Positions 62,635 to 64,000 of a stretch of 64,000 bases of DNA are shown one piece after another (positions within the stretch are counted from its first letter, which is position 1; every line of letters starts with the position of its first letter). Source of the stretch: Alphaproteobacteria bacterium (GTDB lineage Bacteria; Pseudomonadota; Alphaproteobacteria; JAEULC01); assembly GCA_023150455.1 (NCBI GenBank), contig JAKLKW010000028.1, positions 1,671 through 65,670 on the forward strand, written 5' to 3'. The notes beneath the pieces are model-generated. The model saw only the letters and a program-made list of their open reading frames with translations, had not been told where the DNA came from and made no database searches. The position numbers were made by a program, and so were the translations under genes.

Positions 62635-63819
62635 ATGCGAAAGACTGCGCTGCGATTTGGCTTTGCCCTTGCCGTCCTGACCTTCGCCCAGCCGTCGCTG
62701 GGCTACGACGGCCCGGTGGAGAAGAAGACCTTCGCGCTGCCGAGCTACACGACGGTCGGCGGCAGGACGATCAAGGACGTGAAGATCGGCTGGGAGAGCT
62801 ACGGCAAGCTCAACGAGGCCAGGAGCAACGCGATCCTGATCACGCATTTCTTCTCCGGCAACAGCCACGCCGCCGGCAAGTACAAGCCGGAGGAGAAGGT
62901 CGCGGGCTATTGGGATCCGATCATCGGCGCCGGCAAGCCGATCGACACCGACAAGTACTTCGTCATCAGCAGCGACACGCTGGTCAACCTCAACACCAAG
63001 AGCCCGACCACCGTCACGACCGGGCCGGCCTCGATCAATCCCGACACCGGCAAGCCCTATGGCATGAGCTTCCCGGTGGTCGGCATCCGCGACTTCGTCA
63101 ACGTGCAGAAGGCGCTGCTCGATTCGCTCGGCATCAAGAAGCTGCACGCCGTGGTCGGCGCCTCGATGGGCGCGCTGCAGGCGATGGAATGGGCGGCCGG
63201 CTATCCCGACATGGTCGAGCGCGTCGTGCCGGTGATCGGCGACGCCGAGACCAATGCCTGGCTGATCGGCTGGCTCAACGTCTGGGCCGCGCCGATCATG
63301 CTCGACCCGAACTGGAACAACGGCGACTACTACGGGAGGCCTGAGCCGACCAGGGGCCTGGCCGAGGCGCTGAAGATCGTCTCGCTGCACGCGCAGGGCA
63401 CCGAATGGGCCAACAAGACTTTCGCCCGCAAGTGGGCGGAGGAAGGCAAGAACCCGCTCGACGGCTTCGCGAACAAGTACCTGATCGAGGCGACCCTGGA
63501 GAAGGGCGCGGCCGCGCGCGCCGCCGCCTCGGACGCCAATTCCTTCCTCTACCTCGTCAAGGCCAACCAGCTCTTCATCGCCGACAACGGCGGCTCGCTC
63601 GAGGAGATCGCGAAGAAGATCAAGGCCAGGATGCTGCTGCTGCCGGGCGTCGGCGACCACATCTTTCCGCCGGCCAACAGCCAGCGCGTGCGCGACGCGA
63701 TGAAGGCCGCCGGCAAGGACGTCGAGTACGCCGAGATCGACGGGCCGAACGGGCATCTCAACGGCGTGATCCACATCGCCAAGCAGGGCGAGGCGATCCG
63801 GGCGTTCCTGGCGAAGTAG
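62635..63819 (+). CDS. MetX-like (homoserine O-acetyltransferase fold) alpha/beta hydrolase with a signal peptide
   Basis: ATG 62635 follows GGGGGA. Signal peptide MRKTALRFGFALAVLTFAQPSLG. NAILITHFFSGNSHAAG and the nucleophile elbow GASMGA. Confidence 0.75.
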   Translation: MRKTALRFGFALAVLTFAQPSLGYDGPVEKKTFALPSYTTVGGRTIKDVKIGWESYGKLNEARSNAILITHFFSGNSHAAGKYKPEEKVAGYWDPIIGAGKPIDTDKYFVISSDTLVNLNTKSPTTVTTGPASINPDTGKPYGMSFPVVGIRDFVNVQKALLDSLGIKKLHAVVGASMGALQAMEWAAGYPDMVERVVPVIGDAETNAWLIGWLNVWAAPIMLDPNWNNGDYYGRPEPTRGLAEALKIVSLHAQGTEWANKTFARKWAEEGKNPLDGFANKYLIEATLEKGAAARAAASDANSFLYLVKANQLFIADNGGSLEEIAKKIKARMLLLPGVGDHIFPPANSQRVRDAMKAAGKDVEYAEIDGPNGHLNGVIHIAKQGEAIRAFLAK

Positions 63820-63940
63820 GCGCGCCACGCCGGTTGAATCATGCGAACGGGCGCGCTATGCTGTTGACTAGTTGTTCTGACTAGTCGGGAGACCGACCCT
63901 GCCGAAGCGAACGTTTCGCGAGAAGCGGTCGAGCTGGGCC

Positions 63941-64000
63941 TTGCAGGACGCAAAGGCGCAGCTCAGCGAGGTCGTCAGGCGCGCACGCAGCGAGGGGCCG
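63941..64000 (+). CDS. Possible Phd/YefM-type antitoxin N-terminus; runs off the right edge
   Basis: The frame reads (W)ALQDAKAQLSEVVRRARSEGP, a typical Phd/prevent-host-death N-terminus. The only canonical start is TTG 63941. TGACTAGT direct repeats lie upstream (63864..63885). Confidence 0.35.
   Translation, partial: MQDAKAQLSEVVRRARSEGP

Overview
High-GC (about 68-70%) chromosomal window, most likely from an alphaproteobacterium. That assignment is an inference from gene content and synteny: sseA-alaX-cysK, gyrA-coaD, tctCBA, riboswitch-gcvTH-PA-PB, ppiD/trpE, tpiA-secG-pyrG-kdsA. The housekeeping backbone is interrupted by accessory or decaying DNA. (1) Five complete or near-complete type II toxin-antitoxin cassettes (higBA, mazEF, a hicB/hicA-like pair, relE-xre, vapBC) plus a sixth partial phd-like antitoxin at the right edge. 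(2) A proline/hydroxyproline-type catabolic cluster with two Cys/Cys proline-racemase paralogs, a three-component flavoenzyme and a DHDPS-family gene; mazEF splits it. (3) A copper module: MerR-type promoter, copA, cueR and a Spy/CpxP-like gene. (4) Several gene remnants: a hybrid kinase stub next to tRNA-Lys, an internally deleted IS transposase, a 2OG-oxygenase, SBP and permease graveyard, and a LivF stub beside a nitrilase. The strongest sequence-level observations are: a perfect 31-bp tandem duplication that frameshifts the 5' end of a chemoreceptor gene; an ~86-bp direct repeat of the gcvPB 3' end bracketing the relE-xre cassette; a ~220-bp imperfect palindrome inside the hydroxyproline cluster; a secreted protein with a 24-residue poly-Gly run encoded by a (GGC)n microsatellite; and Lys/Arg-rich N-terminal extensions on two unrelated enzymes. 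I saw no CRISPR array, rRNA, intact IS or prophage. All family assignments come from reading motifs in the translations, not from database searches.
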